This document shows, piece after piece, positions 46,456-54,659 of a stretch of DNA of 64,000 bases. Position 1 is the first letter of the stretch, and every line of letters begins with the position of its first letter. Position numbers and translations under genes: made by a program. The notes beneath the pieces were generated by a model that worked only from the letters and a program-made list of their open reading frames with translations, had not been told where the DNA came from and searched no databases. The stretch lies in NCBI GenBank assembly GCA_938092135.1, contig CALLJL010000015.1, positions 1,522 to 65,521 on the forward strand. The letters are read 5' to 3'. The DNA comes from an uncultured bacterium (GTDB lineage: Bacteria; Acidobacteriota; Aminicenantia; Aminicenantales; CALLJL01).

Positions 46456-47664
46456 ATGCCCTATTTTCTTTGTCGTCTGGCTACAGAAGAGGGAAAGATT
46501 ATAACTCAATCTATTTTGGCTGCTTCCAAAGAGGAGTGCCGCCGCTTTTTTGAAGAAGAAGGCTTCTGTGTTTTAGACATTAAAAAAGACTGGAGAAAGG
46601 TTAGTCTTTTTGGTTCACTATCACCCCGCCGAGTTAAGGATAGAGACTTCATTATGGTTAACCAGGAACTTATGGCTTTATTAAAAGCTGGTTACCCGGT
46701 ATTGAAAAGCCTGGAGATGGTTCGCAGCCGGATAAAAAACCGATTTCTTCAGGAGATATTATCTCGGGTCGAAAGTGAAGTTAGAGGCGGGAAATCTCTT
46801 TCTGAAGCCTTTACCCCTTATGAACAAATTTTTTCCAAAGTTTATATTGCCTCGATTTTGGCTGGTGAACAAAGCGGTAATCTTCCAGGTACTCTCGAAC
46901 GTTATGTCCATTATGCCCGGACCATTTCTCAGACAAAACACCGCATCCGTTCAGCCTTAGTTTATCCTAGCCTTTTGCTTCTTTTCTCCCTAGGGCTGAT
47001 GATCATTCTGGTTAGTTTTATTTTACCCCGTTTTTCAAGTTTTTATGCTGATTTTGAAGCCGAACTGCCCCTTATTACCAGATTCATTATTTTCATCTCC
47101 GGCATTTTGAGGCAACTTGTCCCTGCTGCTTTGATATTTTTTATTCTAGCCATGATTCTTATTCCCCAGCTAAGACGAAGTCCTGCTGGAGCTAGGCGGG
47201 TCGATCGCTGGAAACTGAAAATCCCTTATGGCGCCTCTCTTTGGAAAGAACAGGCTATCTCCCTTTTTTCCAGGACTCTTGGGCTTCTTCTTGAAGCCGG
47301 TATACCCTTGCTTCATTGTCTACCCATTGCCATCCAGGCCGTTCCCAATAAATTTCTGGCCCATTCTATGCAATCAGTCCCGGAAGATATTAAGAATGGC
47401 CAGAGTTTATCAGACTCCCTAAACCGAACCGGATTTTTTTCGGCTTTGGCTGTGGATATGATTCGCATTGGCGAGACTTCGGCCAATCTTCCTGGAATGC
47501 TGAGGGAGACAGCCGATGTTTATGATGAAAGAATTAAAAGCCGAATTGAAACTTTGGTTAATCTTATCGAACCGGTAATAATTATTTTTATGGGAGTTCT
47601 GGTGGCGATAATGTTGCTTTCCGTTTATTTGCCGATTTTTAATATAATAAGAATTACGAGATAA
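46456..47664 (+). CDS. pilC: Type IV pilus / type II secretion platform protein (GspF/PilC family)
   Basis: 402 aa. Two GspF-type repeats (..LLKAGYPVLKSLE.., ..LLEAGIPLLHCL..) and three TM segments. The C-terminus LSVYLPIFNI is typical of the family. Confidence 0.88.
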   Translation: MPYFLCRLATEEGKIITQSILAASKEECRRFFEEEGFCVLDIKKDWRKVSLFGSLSPRRVKDRDFIMVNQELMALLKAGYPVLKSLEMVRSRIKNRFLQEILSRVESEVRGGKSLSEAFTPYEQIFSKVYIASILAGEQSGNLPGTLERYVHYARTISQTKHRIRSALVYPSLLLLFSLGLMIILVSFILPRFSSFYADFEAELPLITRFIIFISGILRQLVPAALIFFILAMILIPQLRRSPAGARRVDRWKLKIPYGASLWKEQAISLFSRTLGLLLEAGIPLLHCLPIAIQAVPNKFLAHSMQSVPEDIKNGQSLSDSLNRTGFFSALAVDMIRIGETSANLPGMLRETADVYDERIKSRIETLVNLIEPVIIIFMGVLVAIMLLSVYLPIFNIIRITR

Positions 47665-47668
47665 GGCT

Positions 47669-49276
47669 ATGAACCAGGAAAAAGGATCAACTAATAAATC
47701 GATGGAAGAGGAACTTAAACAGCTGGCCGAACGCTATCATGTACCAGTTATCGACCTGAGTTCCTTTCCACTTAACCGGGAGCTAATCCAGGCTTTTCCC
47801 GTTGAATTCCTCCATCGATGGAATTTTGTTCCCCTAGCGGCCAATGAAGACTGGGTTGAAATTGCGGTGGCTGATCCCTCGGATTTAGCCGCCATAGATG
47901 CCATCGAGTCTTTTTTTGGTCGCCGGGTTAAAGTTTATGCGGCCCCTCTAAGGGCTATTCAGGAAGCCTTAAGAAAGAGTGAGACAGCCGTTCAGGTGCT
48001 AAAAGAAGCGACTGAAGGATTTATTGTTCAGGTCGTTGAAAAGGATACAGGCGAAGAAGAGGAGGTTATCTCCATCGAGAAACTGGCTGACCAGGATGGA
48101 TCAATAATCAAGTTGATGAATACAATTATTTTTACAGCTGTCCAGAAAAGGGCAAGCGATATCCATATCGAATCGAGAGAGGATGGAGTCAGAGTTAAGT
48201 TTCGCCTTGATGGCGTCCTTAGAGAAGCTATGGAACCCATTGATAAGAAATTTCAATCAGCTATTATTTCTCGAATTAAAGTTATGAGTGACCTGGATAT
48301 TTCAGAACGCCGTGTTCCTCAAGATGGCCGTTTTCGGCTTAAAATTAAAGATAAAACCATAGACTTTAGAGTATCCATTATGCCCAGTATCTTTGGTGAA
48401 GATGCCGTTATCCGCATCCTCGATAAAGAAATGATAACTGAAGCCATCAAAGAGCTTAGACTCGATCTGCTCGGTTTTTCGGAAAATGTGCTCCGTCGTT
48501 TTCGCCGATATATTACCCAGCCTTATGGAATGATCCTGGTGACCGGACCGACTGGAAGCGGCAAAACAACCACTCTTTATGCCGCCTTAACGGAAATTAA
48601 ATCGCCGGAGGATAAAATTATCACCATTGAAGATCCAGTTGAATATCAAATCGAGGGAATTACCCAAATTCCCGTTAATGAAAAGAAGGGCCTAACCTTT
48701 GCCCGGGGACTGAGATCGATTCTACGCCATGATCCGGATAAAATCATGGTCGGAGAAATTCGTGATCCTGAAACAGCCCAGATTGCCATCCAGTCAGCCC
48801 TTACTGGACATCTGGTTTTTACCACTGTTCACGCCAATAATGTTTTTGATGTTATTGGCCGATTTCTTCATATGCAGGTTGATCCCTATAGCTTCATTTC
48901 AGCTCTCAATTGCATTCTGGCCCAGAGGTTGGTCAGGGTTCTCTGTCCCTATTGCAAAGTGGCCGTAAATTATTCAGATGAGGTTCTGATTGATTCTGGT
49001 TTAGACCCTGAAAAGTATCGCCATCACCTTTTCTACGAGCCACGAGGTTGCTCCGAATGCAATTTTACTGGGTATAAAGGAAGAACAGCCATAGCCGAAC
49101 TCCTTGAACTTTCTGACACCATCAGGGAGATGATTTTAAGCCGTAAGCCCCTTTCCGAGGTTAAGAAAAGGGCAAAAGAAGAGGGAATGGTTTTCCTCCG
49201 GGAAGCAGGAATGGAAAAAGTGCTTCAAGGAATTACCAGCCTCAAAGAACTCAATAAGGTGACCTTTGTCGAGTAG
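47669..49276 (+). CDS. pilB: Type IV pilus / type II secretion assembly ATPase (GspE/PilB family)
   Basis: 535 aa. GSPII_E N-terminal domain (FVPLAANEDWVEIAVADPSD). Walker A GPTGSGKTT, Asp box, Walker B/His box (IMVGEIRD.ETA..A..A.LTGHLV.TT.HAN). Tetracysteine CPYC...CSEC. Confidence 0.92.
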   Translation: MNQEKGSTNKSMEEELKQLAERYHVPVIDLSSFPLNRELIQAFPVEFLHRWNFVPLAANEDWVEIAVADPSDLAAIDAIESFFGRRVKVYAAPLRAIQEALRKSETAVQVLKEATEGFIVQVVEKDTGEEEEVISIEKLADQDGSIIKLMNTIIFTAVQKRASDIHIESREDGVRVKFRLDGVLREAMEPIDKKFQSAIISRIKVMSDLDISERRVPQDGRFRLKIKDKTIDFRVSIMPSIFGEDAVIRILDKEMITEAIKELRLDLLGFSENVLRRFRRYITQPYGMILVTGPTGSGKTTTLYAALTEIKSPEDKIITIEDPVEYQIEGITQIPVNEKKGLTFARGLRSILRHDPDKIMVGEIRDPETAQIAIQSALTGHLVFTTVHANNVFDVIGRFLHMQVDPYSFISALNCILAQRLVRVLCPYCKVAVNYSDEVLIDSGLDPEKYRHHLFYEPRGCSECNFTGYKGRTAIAELLELSDTIREMILSRKPLSEVKKRAKEEGMVFLREAGMEKVLQGITSLKELNKVTFVE

Positions 49277-49281
49277 CCTTA

Positions 49282-50205
49282 ATGTCTTGGCTTAATAAAA
49301 TTTGGCAATATTTGACTGAACCGCCGTTACCGCCTTTTCTTCTTCAGATTACCGCCCATCGGGTGAGTGGATTAAGGGTTAAAGAAGGGGTCTCTCAGAA
49401 AAGCCGATATTTTATTCTGCCTCTAGAGGCTGGATTGATTGAGCCATCTGCGGAAAGAAACAATCTTCGAAAACCTGAAAAACTGATGGACTTAATCCAA
49501 AGGGGTTTCGAAAAAATTGATGGAAGAGGAGGTGACCTATCTGTCCTCCTCCCTGAATCCTGTTTTCGCCTTTTTATTTTTGCCGTGGAGAATTTACCCT
49601 CTTCTGGTCGGGAAAAATTAGCTCTAATTAGATGGCGAATTAAAAAACTCTATCCCCTTCTAAGCGATGATTTTCGTTTTGATTACCAAGCCTGGCGATT
49701 CAATTCCTATTATAAATTACTCGTTGTCGGAGCTAAGTCCAGCATAATTGAAGAATATGAGAAGCTCCTGGCTAGAATCGGCTGGCGGGTTAGATTGGTT
49801 GGTTTGCCCACAGTTTATCTTCTCGCTCTTATCGAGGAACCAGATTTTCTTTTAATAAATGTTGAGAGGGACAGCTTAGCCTTATTGGCTGCAGCCGGTC
49901 AGATTCCCCTACTTTACCGGGTGAAATCATTTCGTTTAGATAGGGAAGGAGATTTTACTCAGCAAATTCTGTCGGAAATGGAAAATACCCTTCATTTTAT
50001 CGAGGATAAAGAGAAGAGGCAGATCAAAAGAATTTTTCTTCGCTGGGCAGTCGAGACTGAAGATGAAAAAATTCTCCTCGATTTCCTTAATCAATCTAAC
50101 TTAGAAATTAAGAGCTTAAAATTGAATCGATTTTCGGGAATAGGGGATGAAGAGAAAATCATTTTATCTCCCCTTCTTGGTCAAGTGGCTAACAGGGAAA
50201 AATGA
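49282..50205 (+). CDS. pilM: PilM/GspL-like cytoplasmic assembly protein (divergent)
   Basis: 307 aa, soluble. Assigned mainly by position (after the ATPase, before a PilN-like gene with ATGA overlap) and by loose resemblance to the PilM actin-like fold (LLQITAHRVSGLRV.., LPESCFRLFIFAVENLPSS..EKLALIRWRIKK). No clear nucleotide-binding motif seen. Confidence 0.5.
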   Translation: MSWLNKIWQYLTEPPLPPFLLQITAHRVSGLRVKEGVSQKSRYFILPLEAGLIEPSAERNNLRKPEKLMDLIQRGFEKIDGRGGDLSVLLPESCFRLFIFAVENLPSSGREKLALIRWRIKKLYPLLSDDFRFDYQAWRFNSYYKLLVVGAKSSIIEEYEKLLARIGWRVRLVGLPTVYLLALIEEPDFLLINVERDSLALLAAAGQIPLLYRVKSFRLDREGDFTQQILSEMENTLHFIEDKEKRQIKRIFLRWAVETEDEKILLDFLNQSNLEIKSLKLNRFSGIGDEEKIILSPLLGQVANREK

Positions 50206-50753
50206 AGATCTATCTAAATCTGGCTTCTAAACCCTGGCGTAACCGTCGCCCTTTTTTTCTCTTAGCTGGCTTATTGATGGCAATAAACCTTACTATTCTG
50301 GCGATTTCTCTGATTTTTTACCTAAGTTATCAGTCTAAAATAAGTCAGGGGCGTCGTGAAATTATTAAAATGGCTAGAATGGAGGATGCTCTCAAAAGGG
50401 AAGAAAGGCAGTTATCGGCCAGGGCCGTAGCTTTAACCAAAACCCTTGAGACTGAAGTGGAGGTAGCCAATTCAATTATCAGCGATAAAAGCTTTCCCTG
50501 GTCTGAATTTTTTTCTCGTCTCGAAAAGGCTTTACCGTCATCATGCTATCTTAATTCTTTGACCTTGAATCGACGAACCGATTTAAAGCTTGAAATTAAA
50601 TTTAAACTGGTTGCTCCAGATTTTATTTCTCTTCTGAGAACAATCGAAGAATTAAGGAAAGCTGGTTTCTCTGATCTTCAGGTAAAAAGTGAAGACTTGA
50701 GCGGGAGAAATATCATTTCAGAAATGGTTATGATCTATGAAAGAACTGATTGA
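50202..50753 (+). CDS. pilN: PilN-like bitopic inner-membrane assembly protein
   Basis: 183 aa. Short N-terminal peptide (KIYLNLASKPWRNRR, analogous to the INLLP motif), one TM segment, a coiled coil, then an alpha/beta domain. Assignment by architecture and gene order. Confidence 0.55.
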   Translation: MKIYLNLASKPWRNRRPFFLLAGLLMAINLTILAISLIFYLSYQSKISQGRREIIKMARMEDALKREERQLSARAVALTKTLETEVEVANSIISDKSFPWSEFFSRLEKALPSSCYLNSLTLNRRTDLKLEIKFKLVAPDFISLLRTIEELRKAGFSDLQVKSEDLSGRNIISEMVMIYERTD

Positions 50754-51297
50754 ATTTTTAACCGACGCTGAAAAAAGGATTATTAAATTCCTTTTAGGAT
50801 TTTTAGTCTTCTCCCTGATTTTTTTTATTTTTATTCTTCTTTGGCCAAAAAATCGGGCTGCCGAGGTTGAGGCCAAACTAAGTTTCCAGAAAAAAGCCCT
50901 TGAGCGGGCCAAGGAAGCCAGAGACAGGAGCGAGCAAATTTGGTTGCAGTGGTCTGAGGCTAGTCGCGAGCTCGAACAGCTAAGAAATAAATGGTATTAT
51001 CGCGGAGACGAAAGCCTCGGTCAAATTAGAATTGACCTTGAAGAAATCTTCCATCAAGCAGGTTTGAGCTTACCTGCCCTTCAGTATAATTATCATAGTT
51101 TGGAAAAGAGTAAGGTTAAGAAAATAAGTTTTAATTTAAGAGTTAGGGCCTCTTATTTTTCTTTAAGGGAATTGCTGGCCAGACTGGAGACCTTTCCCAA
51201 GTTCCTTCTGGTTGAAGACATTAATTTTCAAAGGGTAAGTGAAGACGGGAGTAATTTAGATTTGGGATTGGTAGTGAGTGCCTATTATGTTTATTAA
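50737..51297 (+). CDS. pilO: PilO/GspM-like bitopic inner-membrane assembly protein
   Basis: 186 aa. One TM segment, a coiled coil, and a C-terminal ferredoxin-like region (SYFSLRELLARLETFPKFLLVEDINFQR). Assignment by architecture and gene order. Confidence 0.5.
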   Translation: MKELIEFLTDAEKRIIKFLLGFLVFSLIFFIFILLWPKNRAAEVEAKLSFQKKALERAKEARDRSEQIWLQWSEASRELEQLRNKWYYRGDESLGQIRIDLEEIFHQAGLSLPALQYNYHSLEKSKVKKISFNLRVRASYFSLRELLARLETFPKFLLVEDINFQRVSEDGSNLDLGLVVSAYYVY

Positions 51298-51823
51298 AAG
51301 AAGATTGAGTCAATTTTTAACCGATGTGTCTTGGCTGAAATTTATTTTTCTTTTTATTTTAATTTTTATTAATTGTTTAATCATTGGTCAGCCCCAAACG
51401 AAAAAGTCAGGGGCTGAAAAAATTTCTCCCTTGATCAAAACAAATCTTCTTCCTAAAAAGGATTTTTCCTCTCCCTTTATTCTAAGAAATATTTTCTCAC
51501 CACAAAGGGATTCGGCATCTCTTGACATTTCTTCCTCTGAAAGGCTATTTGGCGGCCTTGGAAAAATTATTTCCAATCGACAGGATGAACCAAAGGGGGA
51601 AAAAGAAAGCCCTGCTGGCTATAACCTCTCTTTGCGTTATATTGGCTATATCTATTCTCCTGGAAAGACTATAGCCCTGATCATTTATAATGGCCTGGCT
51701 ATGCCAGTAGCGGAGGGTGAATTTATAAGCTCAGAGTTCCAGGTGGTTAAAATTACTCCTGCAGAAATTATTATTGCCGGGCCTAATAAAAAGGAAATTC
51801 GCTTCTCCCTAGAAGGAGAGTAA
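51278..51823 (+). CDS. PilP/GspC-HR-like protein
   Basis: 181 aa. N-terminal TM segment, low-complexity linker, and a C-terminal small beta domain (LRYIGYIYSPGKTIALIIYNGLAMPVAEGEFISSEFQVVKITPAEIIIAG) resembling the PilP / GspC HR domain that contacts secretins. Confidence 0.5.
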   Translation: MPIMFIKRRLSQFLTDVSWLKFIFLFILIFINCLIIGQPQTKKSGAEKISPLIKTNLLPKKDFSSPFILRNIFSPQRDSASLDISSSERLFGGLGKIISNRQDEPKGEKESPAGYNLSLRYIGYIYSPGKTIALIIYNGLAMPVAEGEFISSEFQVVKITPAEIIIAGPNKKEIRFSLEGE

Positions 51824-51824
51824 A

Positions 51825-53969
51825 ATGAGAAAATTTAGCCTGATATTTATAATTCTCCTTTTATGCCTTGGCTGCGTTACCTTCAGCCGCCACTATCGCC
51901 TCGGAGCCCAGGCTGAAATGGCTAAACAATGGGATGAAGCCGTTAAATATTACGAAAGAGCAGCTCTGGAAAATCCCCGCGAGTCCGTCTATCGAATAGC
52001 CCTTCTCCGCGCTAAAATAGCGGCCAGCCTTTATCACTTACAGGAAGCCAGGAAACTGGTGGCTGAAGGCAAGATTGAGGAGGCCAAAAAAGCTTACAAT
52101 CAGGCTATAAGCTATGATCCCCAGAATAAAGCCCTGATTTTTGAAGCGATGAGTCTTAATCAAAAGGAACAATCACCTTCAAGGCCAGTTGAAAGAAAAA
52201 TTGAATTTCCAATAAAGCTCAAAACAACTAAAGAAAAAGTGGGGCTCAAATTCACCGAAGCCCCCCTTAAAGCCATTTTTCAAGCCTTGGGGAAATTTGC
52301 CGGAATAAATATTCTCTTTGATGAAGCCTTTTCAGATCGACCGGTTTCCATTGATTTAACTAATAAAACTTTTGAGGAAGCCCTGAGCAGTTTATGTCTT
52401 ATTAGCCGCAATTTTTATCGCATCATTGATGAGAATTCCGTTATAATTGTTCCAGACCGGCCAGAAAAAAGGCTTCAGTATGAGGTCAGTGCTATCCGCA
52501 CCTTTTATCTTTCCAATATTAGCGTGGAAGCTGTCCAGAATCCCCTTCAGCTGTTGTTAAGAACTCAATACAGGGCTCCTTTTATAGTAGCTGATAAGAA
52601 TATGAATTCCATAACCATTAGGGATGTGCCGGCGAACATAGAATTGGCAGAAAAATTGATCAAGCTCTGGGATAAGCCAAAGGCTGAGGTTATTATTGAC
52701 TTGGAAATCATGGAAGTTTCCCGGATGAAGCTTCGGCAGCTTGGTCTCAGTTTTGATCAGAATATCATCGGTCTGAAATATTCAGGAACAGAAACAGGCA
52801 ATCAAGGTTGGTTTAATCTCAAAGATATTGATTTCACTAAAATGGAGAACTATCAGCTCAGCGTGCCCACAGCCTTTATTCAATTTCTCGAAACAGATGC
52901 TGATACCAAAATTATTGCCCAGCCTCGGTTAAGAGGGCTGGCCGATGAAGAAATTAAATCTCTTGTGGGCCAAAAAGTGCCCATCCCCCAGACAACTTTT
53001 ACTCCGATTGCCGCTGGAGGAATTAGCCAGCAGCCGGTGACTTCCTTTGTCTATCAGGATGTGGGTCTCGAAATTAAAATAAAACCGAAAATTCATTTAG
53101 AAAGAGAAGTAACCCTCGATCTTGAACTTAAAATTACCTCGATTGCTGGGACTGGAATAGCCGGTATTCCTATCATCACCACAAGGGAGGTAAAAAATAT
53201 TCTCCGACTCAAAGATGGAGAAACTAACCTCCTTGGTGGTTTGCTTAAGGATGAAGAAAGAAAAAGCTTAAAGGGAATAGCTGGCCTTAAAAATATTCCG
53301 CTTATTGGTCGACTCTTTTCAGCCGAGGATACGACCATTGAACAAACTGATGTCGTTCTCACCATAACGCCTTACATTATAAGAACCATGCCTTTGACTG
53401 AGGAAGATTTGAAACCCCTTTTGATCGATGTTGAAGGCTTGGTATCAACGGCAACTCAGGCAGCGCTTCCTGGAACTTTGCCTCTTACCTTAATTGAAAG
53501 AATGGAAGCCAGGGAAGCCGAAGAGATTGAAAGGCTAAGGGAAGAGGCCAGGCGGGGTAACCTGATTGAACTTAGTCCAATGACGGTTGATGTTCCTCAA
53601 GGCCGAGAATTTCGATTGGCTATAAACTTACGCTGTCAAGAAGAAGTGGCCAGTCTTTCCCTGAATCTTGGAATCAATCCTGCAGTGGTAAAGATCAAAG
53701 ATGTCATCCCTGGGGGAATAATTTTCCAGTTAGGGGAAAAAGCGCCGTTCCTGAAGAATATTGACCCTTCAGGAAGTTCTGCGGTTGTCGCCTTTTCCAG
53801 CCCCCAGATTGGCCGGGGATTTAAAGGAGAGGGAAATTTGGCGGTACTTGTCTGTGAAGCAGCGGGCTCGGGCGAAGCTGAGATGACCTTAACCTCAGTT
53901 TCGGCGAATGGACCGACAGGGAAAACCATTTCTTTAGATTTCCGGGGAGCAGTGATAATAGTAAGATAG
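51825..53969 (+). CDS. pilQ: Secretin (PilQ/GspD family) with N-terminal lipoprotein-like TPR module and C-terminal extra beta-rich domain
   Basis: 714 aa. Signal with a Cys-containing lipobox-like LCLGC. TPR repeats (residues ~25-110). N0/N1-type domains (LKAIFQALGKFAGINILFD.., SITIRDVPANIELAEKLIKLWD). Secretin core (IIAQPRLRGLADEEIKSLVGQKVPIP ... DVVLTITPYIIR). About 190 further residues contain a charged helix and a beta-sandwich-like domain. Confidence 0.85.
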   Translation: MRKFSLIFIILLLCLGCVTFSRHYRLGAQAEMAKQWDEAVKYYERAALENPRESVYRIALLRAKIAASLYHLQEARKLVAEGKIEEAKKAYNQAISYDPQNKALIFEAMSLNQKEQSPSRPVERKIEFPIKLKTTKEKVGLKFTEAPLKAIFQALGKFAGINILFDEAFSDRPVSIDLTNKTFEEALSSLCLISRNFYRIIDENSVIIVPDRPEKRLQYEVSAIRTFYLSNISVEAVQNPLQLLLRTQYRAPFIVADKNMNSITIRDVPANIELAEKLIKLWDKPKAEVIIDLEIMEVSRMKLRQLGLSFDQNIIGLKYSGTETGNQGWFNLKDIDFTKMENYQLSVPTAFIQFLETDADTKIIAQPRLRGLADEEIKSLVGQKVPIPQTTFTPIAAGGISQQPVTSFVYQDVGLEIKIKPKIHLEREVTLDLELKITSIAGTGIAGIPIITTREVKNILRLKDGETNLLGGLLKDEERKSLKGIAGLKNIPLIGRLFSAEDTTIEQTDVVLTITPYIIRTMPLTEEDLKPLLIDVEGLVSTATQAALPGTLPLTLIERMEAREAEEIERLREEARRGNLIELSPMTVDVPQGREFRLAINLRCQEEVASLSLNLGINPAVVKIKDVIPGGIIFQLGEKAPFLKNIDPSGSSAVVAFSSPQIGRGFKGEGNLAVLVCEAAGSGEAEMTLTSVSANGPTGKTISLDFRGAVIIVR

Positions 53970-54052
53970 GTGCAAACAAAATCGCGAAATAAAGTAAAAT
54001 TTAAAGTAAAATTAAAGACAAAATAAAGAAAAAATATAAAAGCTAGGAAAGA

Positions 54053-54580
54053 ATGATTCATCTCCTTATAGGGCGGGTTGATTCAGGTAAAACAACCTTG
54101 ATTGAGCGAATTATCAATAATCTTAGCTATTTACAAAAAAGGTTTGATGGGTTTTTGACGCGGAAAGTTTATAAAGAGAACCAATTTATCGGTTACGATC
54201 TTTTTGACCTTAAACATCGAGCCAATCATCCATTTATTCGGATGTCCTCTTCTCCTGGTAAAGACCAAATGGGTCGTTTCTATTTTTTACCAAGTGGTCT
54301 TGAGAAAGCTATACATATCATTCTTGAGCATCAGATTATGGATTATCTTATTGTCGATGAAGTTGGCCCCCTTGAACTTTCCGGCCGCGGTCTTTGGCCA
54401 GCCCTCAGCCAGCAGCTCCGTCGATCAGGCTTTAGGGGTCTTTTGGTTATAAGAATTGGCCTCATTGAGCCTTTTATGGCCTTGCTTCAAGGTCTTGAAG
54501 TCAGGCAATTTGACATAGCCTCTCCTTCCGTTGAAGCTGATTTGGAAGCGGCCATAAAAAGTCTTTATTCTACCAGCTAA
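54053..54580 (+). CDS. Small P-loop NTPase (THEP1/DUF2478-like)
   Basis: 175 aa. Walker A LIGRVDSGKTTL and Walker B YLIVDEVGPLEL. Confidence 0.55.
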   Translation: MIHLLIGRVDSGKTTLIERIINNLSYLQKRFDGFLTRKVYKENQFIGYDLFDLKHRANHPFIRMSSSPGKDQMGRFYFLPSGLEKAIHIILEHQIMDYLIVDEVGPLELSGRGLWPALSQQLRRSGFRGLLVIRIGLIEPFMALLQGLEVRQFDIASPSVEADLEAAIKSLYSTS

Positions 54581-54659
54581 AAAATTATTATTTCTTTTTT
54601 AATTTAAAGACATCTTGTAAATCTAAATTAAATTTTGATATTTTCCCTGAAGAGAAAAA

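Noticed and set aside
53636-54061. 141-aa minus-strand ORF overlapping the secretin 3' end and the A-tract intergenic region.
   Set aside because: It is antisense to the secretin C-terminal domain. Its N-terminal part is translated from the A/T repeat (FIFFLYFVFNFTLNFTLF), so it is a compositional artefact.
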